Shown piece by piece: positions 56,193 to 64,000 of a DNA stretch of 64,000 nucleotides (its first letter is position 1; each line of letters starts with the position of its first letter). Location of the stretch: assembly GCA_019639255.1 (NCBI GenBank), contig JAHBSF010000012.1, positions 643 to 64,642 on the forward strand, in the 5' to 3' direction. The translations under genes and the position numbers were made by a program. The stretch comes from Acidobacteriota bacterium (lineage in GTDB: Bacteria > Acidobacteriota > Blastocatellia > RBC074). The notes beneath the pieces were generated by a model, which was not told the origin of the DNA, did not search any database, and worked only from the letters and a program-made list of their open reading frames with translations.

Positions 56193-56951
56193 TCAGCGGC
56201 GGCGGATCTGGACTCCTCCGTTGACGCTGGTGATTGAAATCGGAGCGCCGCCCGCGCCTATTGCGCCGGAGAGTTCTCCGCGTTTGACTTCGCCCTGCAC
56301 CGTGAGCGGAAACTCGCTGTTTATCGAACCGTTGACCCCGCGCACTTCGAGCTGCGCGTTTAACGCCGAACCGAACCCGAGTTCAACCCCGCCGTTGACG
56401 CTCGATACCTTCAGACCCGAATTCCCGAGGTGATCGAGCGAGATTGATACGCCGCCGTTGACGCTTTTAATCTCCGTAGCGCTGCCCGCCTGATCGACGC
56501 GCACGCGGCCGTTGATGCTGGCAATCGATATGTCGCCGCCTATGGCGCCGACGGTGATTCCGCCGTTTACGGAACTGATCCCGAGATTGACATCGCGCGG
56601 CAACCGCAGCCTGACCCGGTGATTTACCCATTCGCGGCGGCGGCCCCGATCGTGTTGATCTTCGGTGCGTATGGTGAGCCTGTTGTCGCCTTCCTCGATT
56701 ATCAACGGTCTACGCACGAGCGCCTCGCGATCCGACGCCCTTATGGTGATATCCAGCTCGGCCGTCTCCGCGCCTTCGAGCGTCTCTATCGTCACCGCGC
56801 CGTTGATCCCTTTTATCGTCACCTGCGCGCCCGATGTAAGCGGCACCGAGCGGTTTATCTGCTCGCGCACCTCGCCGCCCTGAATCATTTCTTCGAGCGA
56901 CGGAAACCACGCCCCCGCCATAGCCAGTATTAAAACCGCCAAAAGTTTCAT
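56193..56951 (-). CDS. DUF4097 (putative adhesin / LiaG-like beta-helix) protein
   Basis: Signal peptide followed by reiterated (V/I)NG(G/R/S)(I/V) turns (VNGGITVG, INGRVRVD, VNGGVSIS, VNGGVELG). Confidence 0.6.
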   Translation of the reverse strand: MKLLAVLILAMAGAWFPSLEEMIQGGEVREQINRSVPLTSGAQVTIKGINGAVTIETLEGAETAELDITIRASDREALVRRPLIIEEGDNRLTIRTEDQHDRGRRREWVNHRVRLRLPRDVNLGISSVNGGITVGAIGGDISIASINGRVRVDQAGSATEIKSVNGGVSISLDHLGNSGLKVSSVNGGVELGFGSALNAQLEVRGVNGSINSEFPLTVQGEVKRGELSGAIGAGGAPISITSVNGGVQIRRR

Positions 56952-57035
56952 ATCTTTATTTCCTCCTGCCGGGTAAGTGTCAACCAACGCCGCAGGGTTT
57001 CAACATCGGCAAAAAAAGTATTCGGACGCCGGCGG

Positions 57036-58403
57036 TCATCTCCGCCGTTCGTTGATTGCTTTCTTCAACACGATGCTTCCGCTGTAACCGGTTGTAATGA
57101 GTTCGGCTCCGCCCGCTCCGGCCGCGCCGCGCAGCGTGCGGACATCACCCAGATTTGCGCCCGGGGCAAGCTGGATCGGGAACTCGGTATTGATCGTTCC
57201 GTTATAGGTCTTCGCCGTCAGATTGAATCCGCTGTCGCCCGGCAGCACGGCGACGATCTCGCCGCTGAAGCTCTCGAAGTGATACCGCCCGTCATCCTGC
57301 AATCGCCCCTGAAACGATATGTTCCCGCTCGTGGTTTTGGCGGTGATTTCCCTGCTGTCGGTCTCCTTCAGGGAGATGTCCCCGCTTGTCGTGCCCGCGT
57401 CAATGCGGCCGCTTACGCCCGTCAGAGTAATTTCACCGTTGATGGCCGTTGCACGTACACCCTGTTGCGCATTGCGCACGATCAGATCGCCGTTGAGTGT
57501 ACTCGCCGTCACCCGCCCGCGCGCGTTCTCTACCGTTACGATGTCGCTGAGGCTTTCAGCCTGCACCGCTCCGGCAGCATCGATGACCGTTACGGGGCCG
57601 CTTGCGGTGCGTGCAGCCACGCGTCCGGCGGATTTTTCGATGCGTATGCCGCCGCTTGCCGAGGTGAATGCCGCATCCGCCCGCACATCCACACCGCGGA
57701 TCGAGCCGCTCGCGGTATTGGCGTTCACCGAGCCTTCAGTCGCCTCGACCAAAACCTCCCCGCTGAGGGTGTTAATCACGAGCGCGCCGCCTATGCGTCT
57801 GGCCGTAATGTTGCCGCTCGCGCCGGTCAGCGTGGTGGCCCCGCGCACATCGTTGACCGTAACAGATCCATCAGTAATGCGCGCCGTCGCCTGGGCTACG
57901 GGGCCGACTACAACTATCTCGCCGCTGACCGAAGTAAGCGAATTCAGCACGGCCGATCGCGGGACCCTGAGTTCGTAATCCACGGACACATCGACCCTGG
58001 GCTCACGCCGCCCGGCTCTCATCTCCATCCTGCGATCACCTACGCGAACATTTGCACCGTTCTGCTGCGAAGCGTTCGGATATACGGTTTTGATATGAAT
58101 CGCCGATGGCTGCGCGCTGACTTCTATGCGTACCTGATCCGGATCCGCGCCTCGCGCCGCACGTTTGACCCCGTCTACACGTACGCGGTTCTCATCCCAG
58201 CTCGTTACGCGAATACGCCCGCTTATATTGGTAACGCTTACTACGCCGCCCGGCGTCAAATCCCAGGTCTCGTGCAGATCCCCGCTTTGAGCCCCCGATA
58301 CACCGGCGACCATTGCTCCCCCGACCGCCGCACACGCTACAACCAGGCTCAGCATCCATCCGATCCCATTATTATTTCCCTTCTTCCCGCGCACCTTCCG
58401 CAC
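57036..58403 (-). CDS. DUF4097 domain protein (larger paralogue)
   Basis: Same repeat pattern (SGEIVV, DGSVTV, SGNITA, SGEVLV, SGSIRG, SGGIRI ...). Confidence 0.6.
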   Translation of the reverse strand: MRKVRGKKGNNNGIGWMLSLVVACAAVGGAMVAGVSGAQSGDLHETWDLTPGGVVSVTNISGRIRVTSWDENRVRVDGVKRAARGADPDQVRIEVSAQPSAIHIKTVYPNASQQNGANVRVGDRRMEMRAGRREPRVDVSVDYELRVPRSAVLNSLTSVSGEIVVVGPVAQATARITDGSVTVNDVRGATTLTGASGNITARRIGGALVINTLSGEVLVEATEGSVNANTASGSIRGVDVRADAAFTSASGGIRIEKSAGRVAARTASGPVTVIDAAGAVQAESLSDIVTVENARGRVTASTLNGDLIVRNAQQGVRATAINGEITLTGVSGRIDAGTTSGDISLKETDSREITAKTTSGNISFQGRLQDDGRYHFESFSGEIVAVLPGDSGFNLTAKTYNGTINTEFPIQLAPGANLGDVRTLRGAAGAGGAELITTGYSGSIVLKKAINERRR

Positions 58404-58458
58404 CTCCGAACATCTTTTTGTTCAATTCAGAAACGCAAGCCTTTATCTCTCTGGTTAC

Positions 58459-59274
58459 CTACCTGAGCGCGATTTCCTGCATCAGTTCCACCTTGCGGGC
58501 GTAGGCGGCAAGCAGAAACTGCCTGGCAGCCGGATCGCCCGGATCCTGGCGCATCGCGCGGCGGCTCTTCGCAATGGAATCGTCGATCAATGCAAGGCTC
58601 GACTCGTACTGCGCAATCACGCCGGCGTCGAGTTGTTGCTTGCGCTCGGCAATCGCACGGTCGAGTAATCTTATAGCACCGGCGTATTCACGCTCGGCGC
58701 GCCCCACCTGTACTCGAATCATCTCGTCATCGGTCAACTGCTTCGCCTTTGCCGGCCTGACGGGCGCCGGCCTGCCTGCTGCCAGCAACGCCGAGGTCCC
58801 GGCCGCATCCGGCGCCGGAACCTGAACCGGATCGGGCGCGGGAGTCGACGCCGGATCGGCAACTGGTGAGGGCTGCACTCCAGTCCTCAAATTTCCGCCA
58901 TCGCGCCGGCTGGTAAAATAGATCGTGGCGCTCACCGAGAGTACAATCAAAGCTAGCGCACCCGCAGCCTGCCGCAGCACTGCGGGCTGCAACAGCCACC
59001 CTGCAAGCAGGCTGAAGCTCCAGCGTGATCGGTATTCCGGCGAGGGGGTGCTTTCCTCGGTGTGTATGCGCTCGCGTATCGCGTCCCACATCGCAGCGGA
59101 CGGCTCGACTTCGGGGTAGCGCGAATACACTTCCATCTCGCGCGCAAGCGCAGCCTCGAAGCCGCGACACTCTTCGCACCCGGAGAGATGTGCGCGCAGT
59201 TCCAGAGCGCGGCGCGCGTCGAGTTCACCGTAAAAAAGCTCTTCGAGTTCCGGTTGCATACGTTCGCAGTTCAT
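58459..59274 (-). CDS. zinc-finger anti-sigma factor with one TM segment
   Basis: N-terminal H-x3-C-x2-C motif (AHLSGCEECRGF), a central TM helix, and a position directly downstream of the ECF sigma gene. Confidence 0.65.
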   Translation of the reverse strand: MNCERMQPELEELFYGELDARRALELRAHLSGCEECRGFEAALAREMEVYSRYPEVEPSAAMWDAIRERIHTEESTPSPEYRSRWSFSLLAGWLLQPAVLRQAAGALALIVLSVSATIYFTSRRDGGNLRTGVQPSPVADPASTPAPDPVQVPAPDAAGTSALLAAGRPAPVRPAKAKQLTDDEMIRVQVGRAEREYAGAIRLLDRAIAERKQQLDAGVIAQYESSLALIDDSIAKSRRAMRQDPGDPAARQFLLAAYARKVELMQEIALR

Positions 59275-59287
59275 AATTCACCTCTGC

Positions 59288-59362
59288 GAAATAAGACCGA
59301 ACATACTAAAATATTCACTGTTTTGTAATTTTCGTTTCATTTCGTTTGTTCCGTTATCTCTC
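59288..59362. repeat. family element R19 (left outer arm missing)
   Basis: GAAATAAGACCGAACATACTAAAATATTCACTGTTTTGTAATTTTCGTTTCATTTCGTTTGTTCCGTTATCTCTC. The right half is nearly identical to R10. Confidence 0.85.
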
Positions 59363-59397
59363 GCCTTACGGTTTGTACCGATCTGCTTTGGCTCGGT

Positions 59398-60003
59398 TTA
59401 AGCGCGTTCGGCCAGATACGGCGCAATGCGTCTGCGCATCTCGGCGCGCGCCCGGTGCAGATCGGTTTTCAGCTTCCCTATCGAATATCCCGTAATTTCG
59501 CTTATTTCCTCATAACTCTTTTCGTGAAATATCTTCAGACTGAACACCGTGCGCTTGTCGTCATCGAGCGTTGCAAGCGCCCGCGAAATGGCTTCGTTCA
59601 ATTCCCTGTCTCGCATCATCCCCTCGGGCAGCAGATCCTTCGATTCCAGACGCTGGCTTTCCGGAGTGTCAAGGGGAATATGTTTCTCGTCGCGCCGCGC
59701 CTGCCTCGAAGCCTCGTAAACTACATTGCGCGCTATTCCAAAAAGCCAGGTCGAAAAGCGCGCTTCCTCGCGCAGAGCCTTCAGATTGCGGTGTGCGCGG
59801 ACGAAAGTCTCCTGCGCCAGATCCTCGGCCAGATCCCGATCCTGCACCAGATGATTGATGAAGCTGAGGATCGGACGGCCGTAGCGATTGAAGATGAGGT
59901 GAAAGGCCTCCTCATCGCCATCCTTCGCCCGCGCAACCACGCCCGGCGCCAGCTCTCCAAACGCCATTCCTTTTCGTCCCGCCGTCGCGGTCCCGCTGCT
60001 CAT
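59398..60003 (-). CDS. ECF (RpoE-like) sigma factor
   Basis: Region 2 ([37 protein letters not shown]) and region 4 ([21 protein letters not shown]). Confidence 0.85.
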   Translation of the reverse strand: MSSGTATAGRKGMAFGELAPGVVARAKDGDEEAFHLIFNRYGRPILSFINHLVQDRDLAEDLAQETFVRAHRNLKALREEARFSTWLFGIARNVVYEASRQARRDEKHIPLDTPESQRLESKDLLPEGMMRDRELNEAISRALATLDDDKRTVFSLKIFHEKSYEEISEITGYSIGKLKTDLHRARAEMRRRIAPYLAERA

Positions 60004-60163
60004 TCCCCTTCAGGCCTTTTTGTTACCGCAGCCGGAGCCGCTCACGTTACAACACCTTTGCGCTTCCCTGTTCTGTTCAGTCAGTGTAATCCGAACCGAA
60101 AAGGTTTCAATACTCCGGCCGGAAAATTGACTCGACCGCACTGCATTGTGATATAAGCCGCCT

Positions 60164-61126
60164 ATGCAACACATTCTGGTAACAGGAGGCGCCGGCTTCA
60201 TTGGCAGTCATCTCGTAGATCGCCTCCTGGCGCAACAAGATACCTGCGTCACCGTCATCGACAACTTCGATGATTTCTATAACCCTTCAATCAAACGCGC
60301 CAACCTCGCCCAGCACGCCGCAAATCCCGGGCTCGAAGTCATCGAAGCCGATATTCGCGATACGGGGAAACTTGAGCATGTGGTTTCGGCCGCGAGATTC
60401 GATGCAGTAGTCCATCTCGCCGCGCGCGCCGGTATTCGCCCCTCGCTCGACCAGGCGCCGCTTTACGCCGAAGTCAATATACAGGGCACGCTCAAACTGC
60501 TCGAACTTGCGCGCCGCTTCAGCCTGCCGCGCTTCATCCTCGGCTCCTCGAGTTCCGTTTACGGCACGCATACTCCATCCCCATTCCGCGAAGACGCGCC
60601 TCTTGCACCGATTTCACCCTACGCCGCGACGAAGGCCTCGGCCGAAATGTTCGCACACGTTTACAGCAGGCTGTATGACATGCAGGTTGTCTGCCTTCGA
60701 TTTTTCACCGTATACGGCGCAAGGCAGCGTCCCGATCTCGCGATACACAAATTCGCACGGCTCATCACCGCCGGACGCCCCATTCCCATTTACGGCGACG
60801 GCTCCTCCGAACGCGATTACACCTACATAGACGACATCATTGACGGCGTTATGGCCGCGCTCAGTTACGACTCTACGCGGTTCGAAATAATCAATCTCGG
60901 CGAATCGCGCACCGTACCGCTGCATTACCTGATCGAACTGCTCGAAGATGCTCTCGGGACAAATGCGGTGATCGAACGATTGCCCGAACAGCCCGGCGAT
61001 ATGCCCCGCACGCACGCGGATATCACCAAAGCAGAACAACTGCTCGGTTATCGCCCGTCAACCGCGATAGAAGCCGGCATCCGCAAATTCATCGAATGGT
61101 TCGAGCGTCAGCCCTTGGGCGCGTAG
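60164..61126 (+). CDS. NAD-dependent nucleotide-sugar epimerase/dehydratase (SDR family)
   Basis: [14 protein letters not shown] Rossmann motif and a YxxxK (YAATKAS) catalytic pair. Confidence 0.85.
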   Translation: MQHILVTGGAGFIGSHLVDRLLAQQDTCVTVIDNFDDFYNPSIKRANLAQHAANPGLEVIEADIRDTGKLEHVVSAARFDAVVHLAARAGIRPSLDQAPLYAEVNIQGTLKLLELARRFSLPRFILGSSSSVYGTHTPSPFREDAPLAPISPYAATKASAEMFAHVYSRLYDMQVVCLRFFTVYGARQRPDLAIHKFARLITAGRPIPIYGDGSSERDYTYIDDIIDGVMAALSYDSTRFEIINLGESRTVPLHYLIELLEDALGTNAVIERLPEQPGDMPRTHADITKAEQLLGYRPSTAIEAGIRKFIEWFERQPLGA

Positions 61127-62142
61127 TAGCCGTTGCGCGCGCGCGCCGCATAGCCGTTTTTCTTGACGCGCACGGTGATTTTGCGAAACGCGCCGTTGCG
61201 AGCTTCGTTGGAGGAATAGAACCCGAGTATGTATTGCGTTCGCAATTGTTCGGCAAGCGTCGAGAATATGGCGTTCAGATCGGCAAGCGTCTGCTCGTCT
61301 GCGGCGGCGTCGGCCGGTCCGGAGCGCGGACGCGGAAGGAAGAGTTCGCCCCCGGTTTCGGAAGTGAGCGCGGCGAGCGCGCGCTCGGCGGCCAGGTCGC
61401 GTACATTCTGCGATGGCCATACGTTGCCCGTAAACACGGCGAAAATCATGGCGTCGGCGAGTTGAGATTGCGCAAGAGCGGATTTCAGATCCTTGCTGCT
61501 CGTCGTATCTCCACCGTCTGAAATGATGAGAATTATCCGCCGGCCGGGAGCGGTCTTAAGGTGCTCCGCAGCCAGGAAAATCGCATCGTAGAGCGAGGTG
61601 GCGCCCTTTGCGCGAAGTTGCTTCATGGCCGTAGTCAGCAGCGGAACCCGGTTTGTAAAATCCTGCAAAAGCGTGATGTCGGTTGCGAAGGAAAATAGCG
61701 CCGCCTGATCCTGCGGCCTCATTACACGCTCCAGAAACCGCGATGCTGCACGACGCTCGAATTCCAGCCGCGAAGATATGCTCAGGCTCGTATCAAACAA
61801 CATTACCAAACGCAGCGGCGCTTCCGAATCGCGAGCGAAATCCGTTATTTCCTGCGCTACGTCGTCTTCGAAGATTTCAAAATCCTCGCGCCCGAGTTCA
61901 CTCAATGCCCCGCTTTCGCGCCGCGTCACCGTTGTGACTACGGTAACCAGATCGCTCGCTATTCGAATCGTTCCGGCGTCGTCTCTAGGTTCATCCGCAG
62001 CCTTCGGACGCGGAAGCGGAGGTGGAGGAACCGGCTTGACCTGCTTGCCGCCCTTCGGGTCGCGCGTCCGCCCGCTCTGCCCACCCACGGGCAACCCAAC
62101 GAGCGCGACGAAGCAAAAACAGAAAGCGAGATAACGGAACAT
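61108..62142 (-). CDS. secreted VWA-domain protein (acidobacterial VWFA-related family)
   Basis: [35 protein letters not shown], then the VWA core ([12 protein letters not shown] ... [10 protein letters not shown]). The start ATG at 62142 lies in the outer arm of repeat R20 ([16 protein letters not shown]). Confidence 0.7.
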   Translation of the reverse strand: MFRYLAFCFCFVALVGLPVGGQSGRTRDPKGGKQVKPVPPPPLPRPKAADEPRDDAGTIRIASDLVTVVTTVTRRESGALSELGREDFEIFEDDVAQEITDFARDSEAPLRLVMLFDTSLSISSRLEFERRAASRFLERVMRPQDQAALFSFATDITLLQDFTNRVPLLTTAMKQLRAKGATSLYDAIFLAAEHLKTAPGRRIILIISDGGDTTSSKDLKSALAQSQLADAMIFAVFTGNVWPSQNVRDLAAERALAALTSETGGELFLPRPRSGPADAAADEQTLADLNAIFSTLAEQLRTQYILGFYSSNEARNGAFRKITVRVKKNGYAARARNGYYAPKG

Positions 62143-62221
62143 ACGAACTGAAACGTAATTTACGGGAAAGTTGATTATTTCCGTTGTTTCTGTCTTTTTT
62201 CGCTTGTTCCGTAGTCTCTCT
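62126..62221. repeat. family element R20
   Basis: GCGAGATAACGGAACATACGAACTGAAACG...GTTGATTATTTCCGTTGTTTCTGTCTTTTTTCGCTTGTTCCGTAGTCTCTC. Confidence 0.85.
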
Positions 62222-62228
62222 ACCATCC

Positions 62229-63563
62229 TCAACCCGCCTCTCCCGCCTGCTTCAGCCAGTCCTGAAACGCCTTCAGTCCGCGCTCGACCTGAATACGATG
62301 CCGATCCGCTTTTCGTTTCACCCGCTTCCTCTCTTCCGGTTCAAGCGGCGGAAGCAGCGCAAACGTCGTGTTCGCCGGCTGAAAATTCCTTGCATCGGCG
62401 TTGGCCAGGTAATTCGCAAGCGACCCCGTAGCCGATTCCCGCGGCGGCGCGATCGCATCCAGCCCGCGAGAGAGCCGCGCTGCGTTTATTCCGGCAATCA
62501 TCCCCGTTGCCATCGCTTCGGTATACCCCTCGATCCCCGATATCTGCCCCGCAAAGAGCACTCGCGGATGCTCGCGCATCTGAAGCGTTTCCCTCAACAG
62601 CCTCGGCGAACATATGTATGTATTGCGGTGCATCTGTCCGAAGCGTATGAATTCGGCGCGCTCAAGCCCCGGTATCATCTGCAACACTCGCACCTGCTCG
62701 CCGTACTTAATATGACATTGAAACCCTACTATGTTGTAGGCGTCCGCCATTAAATTCTCCAAACGAAGCTGCACGGCGGCGTAGGGTTCGCGGCCCGTTC
62801 TCGGGTCGCGCAAGCCCACGGGTTTCATAGGCCCGAAGCGCAACGTCTCGCGCCCGCGACGGGCGAGTTCTTCAATAGGCAGGCAACCTTCAAAAAACTT
62901 CGCTTCATCCTGCATTCCGTCGTGCGGTCGCACGGTTTCGGCCGAAAGCAGCGCGTCACAGAAACGCTCGTATTCGGATTTTGTTAACGGGCAGTTGACG
63001 TAATCGGGGCCGCCCTTGTCGTAGCGCGCGGCTCGAAACGCTACGTCGAAATCTATGGTCTCACCGTCGACCACGGGCGAAATTGCATCGAAGAAATACA
63101 ACCCGCCCTCCCCCGTCAGTCCTGCTATCTCCGCGGCAAGTGCGGGCGAGGCAAGCGGGCCGGCTGCAACAACGGTTATGGCTCCCGCATTTATTGAAGC
63201 AACTTCTTCGCGGCGAAGTTCTATGCGGGGATGTCTGGAAAGAGCCTCTGTAACGGCGGCGGAGAACCGTTCGCGATCTACTGCAAGCGCGCCGCCTGCC
63301 GGAACCGCCGCGTCGGCGGCGATGCGCACAAGGAGCGAAGATCCGGCGCGCAATTCGTCCTTGAGCAGGCGCGGGGCCGTATGCTCCAGGTCGGACTTGA
63401 GCGAATTGCTGCAAACGAGTTCGGCCAGATTGCCCGTGCGATGAGCCCCGGTAGAACGCGCAGGGCGCATTTCATATAGTGTGACGCGAGCGCCGCGTTC
63501 GGCTGCCTGCCAGGCGGCTTCCGATCCTGCAAGGCCGCCGCCGATTATTCGAACTTCCTCCAT
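62229..63563 (-). CDS. trmFO: methylenetetrahydrofolate--tRNA-(uracil-5)-methyltransferase
   Basis: MEEVRIIGGGLAGSEAAWQAAERG FAD motif and overall Gid/TrmFO sequence. Confidence 0.9.
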   Translation of the reverse strand: MEEVRIIGGGLAGSEAAWQAAERGARVTLYEMRPARSTGAHRTGNLAELVCSNSLKSDLEHTAPRLLKDELRAGSSLLVRIAADAAVPAGGALAVDRERFSAAVTEALSRHPRIELRREEVASINAGAITVVAAGPLASPALAAEIAGLTGEGGLYFFDAISPVVDGETIDFDVAFRAARYDKGGPDYVNCPLTKSEYERFCDALLSAETVRPHDGMQDEAKFFEGCLPIEELARRGRETLRFGPMKPVGLRDPRTGREPYAAVQLRLENLMADAYNIVGFQCHIKYGEQVRVLQMIPGLERAEFIRFGQMHRNTYICSPRLLRETLQMREHPRVLFAGQISGIEGYTEAMATGMIAGINAARLSRGLDAIAPPRESATGSLANYLANADARNFQPANTTFALLPPLEPEERKRVKRKADRHRIQVERGLKAFQDWLKQAGEAG

Positions 63564-63770
63564 TGCCCCAATCTCTCCAGTCCAGATTTTTTTTCGTCCA
63601 AGGTGAAATCGGACGATGCAAAATGATAGCAGATACAGATGAAAGATTGCGAAACCGCGAATCCGCGAATTGCCTTTGCGCGCGGTCGCTCATACAATCC
63701 CGATGTATTCCCAACAACCCGACAGTATCCAGACAGGAGCCCGAAAAGGAGCTCAAGAAGGAGAATCCCC

Positions 63771-64000
63771 ATGCCCCTTTTGAAGTACAACGGGCGCCGG
63801 GCGCGGCTCGGCCATTCCGCAGTCATCGCGCTTGCCGCACTTCTTACGGTTTTAAATACCAACCTGATCGATTTCGACGGTTATTTTTCGAACCCTGCGG
63901 AGTCCGCCGCGCCGACCGAACTGCTTTGGGATTCGTGGGGCGTTCCGCATATCTTCGCGCGCAACGATGACGATCTGTTCCGCGCCTTCGGATGGGCGCA
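63771..64000 (+). CDS. penicillin-acylase (S45) family protein, N-terminal fragment running off the right edge
   Basis: AAGGAG then ATG at 63771. Reads MPLLKYNGRRARLGHSAVIALAALLTV...LLWDSWGVPHIFARNDDDLFRAFGWA, which is typical of penicillin and AHL acylases. Open to the window end. Confidence 0.6.
   Translation, partial: MPLLKYNGRRARLGHSAVIALAALLTVLNTNLIDFDGYFSNPAESAAPTELLWDSWGVPHIFARNDDDLFRAFGWA

Noticed and set aside
61108-61126. A 19-nt convergent overlap of the epimerase and VWA gene 3' ends.
   Set aside because: Short convergent overlaps are common in compact genomes. Nothing further distinguishes it.

Overview
GC-rich bacterial chromosomal segment. The gene content suggests Acidobacteriota: VWA and Ig-like secreted families I recall as acidobacterial, an ECF-sigma/Ser-Thr-kinase pair, and many TPR and DUF4097 envelope proteins. 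No homology search was possible, so all calls rest on motifs read from the ORF track and the DNA. I support about 46 CDS and one tRNA-His. The recognisable blocks, in order, are as follows. (1) An atypical grpE/Hsp70/TPR/J-domain cassette. (2) Lactate permease. (3) A JAMM protease. (4) A DUF4331/TPR/Ni-Co transporter cluster. (5) lptE-leuS. (6) An RND efflux pair. (7) A large sulfate uptake and assimilation cluster (cysP-T-A, cysH, sirC, cobA, cysC, sat). (8) An M28 peptidase. (9) An ECF sigma plus Ser/Thr kinase. (10) An alpha-2-macroglobulin cluster with an unusual PBP/SpoIID/Zn-peptidase fusion. (11) A desaturase next to a two-component system. (12) A degenerate sigma54-activator-like regulator. 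(13) A sigmaE/anti-sigma/DUF4097 operon. (14) An epimerase, a VWA protein, trmFO, and the start of a penicillin-acylase-like gene. No transposase, integrase, reverse transcriptase, CRISPR array, phage gene or recognisable defence gene is present. The most striking signal is non-coding. About 21 copies of a ~95-bp palindromic element sit at nearly every gene boundary, roughly 3% of the window. Its arms read GAGAGATAACGGAACAAACGAAA ... TTTCGTTTGTTCCGTTATCTCTC. The copies differ in their inner stems but keep matched arms. They donate stop codons or C-terminal tails to at least six genes, and start codons or N-terminal residues to about five. They also lie inside otherwise tightly coupled operons. 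A second, unrelated 290-bp element has 50-bp terminal inverted repeats and a T19 tract at 8676-8965. I cannot show that any protein-coding system here is truly undescribed. The Hsp70 cassette, the A2M partner fusion and the repeat family are the best candidates for follow-up.
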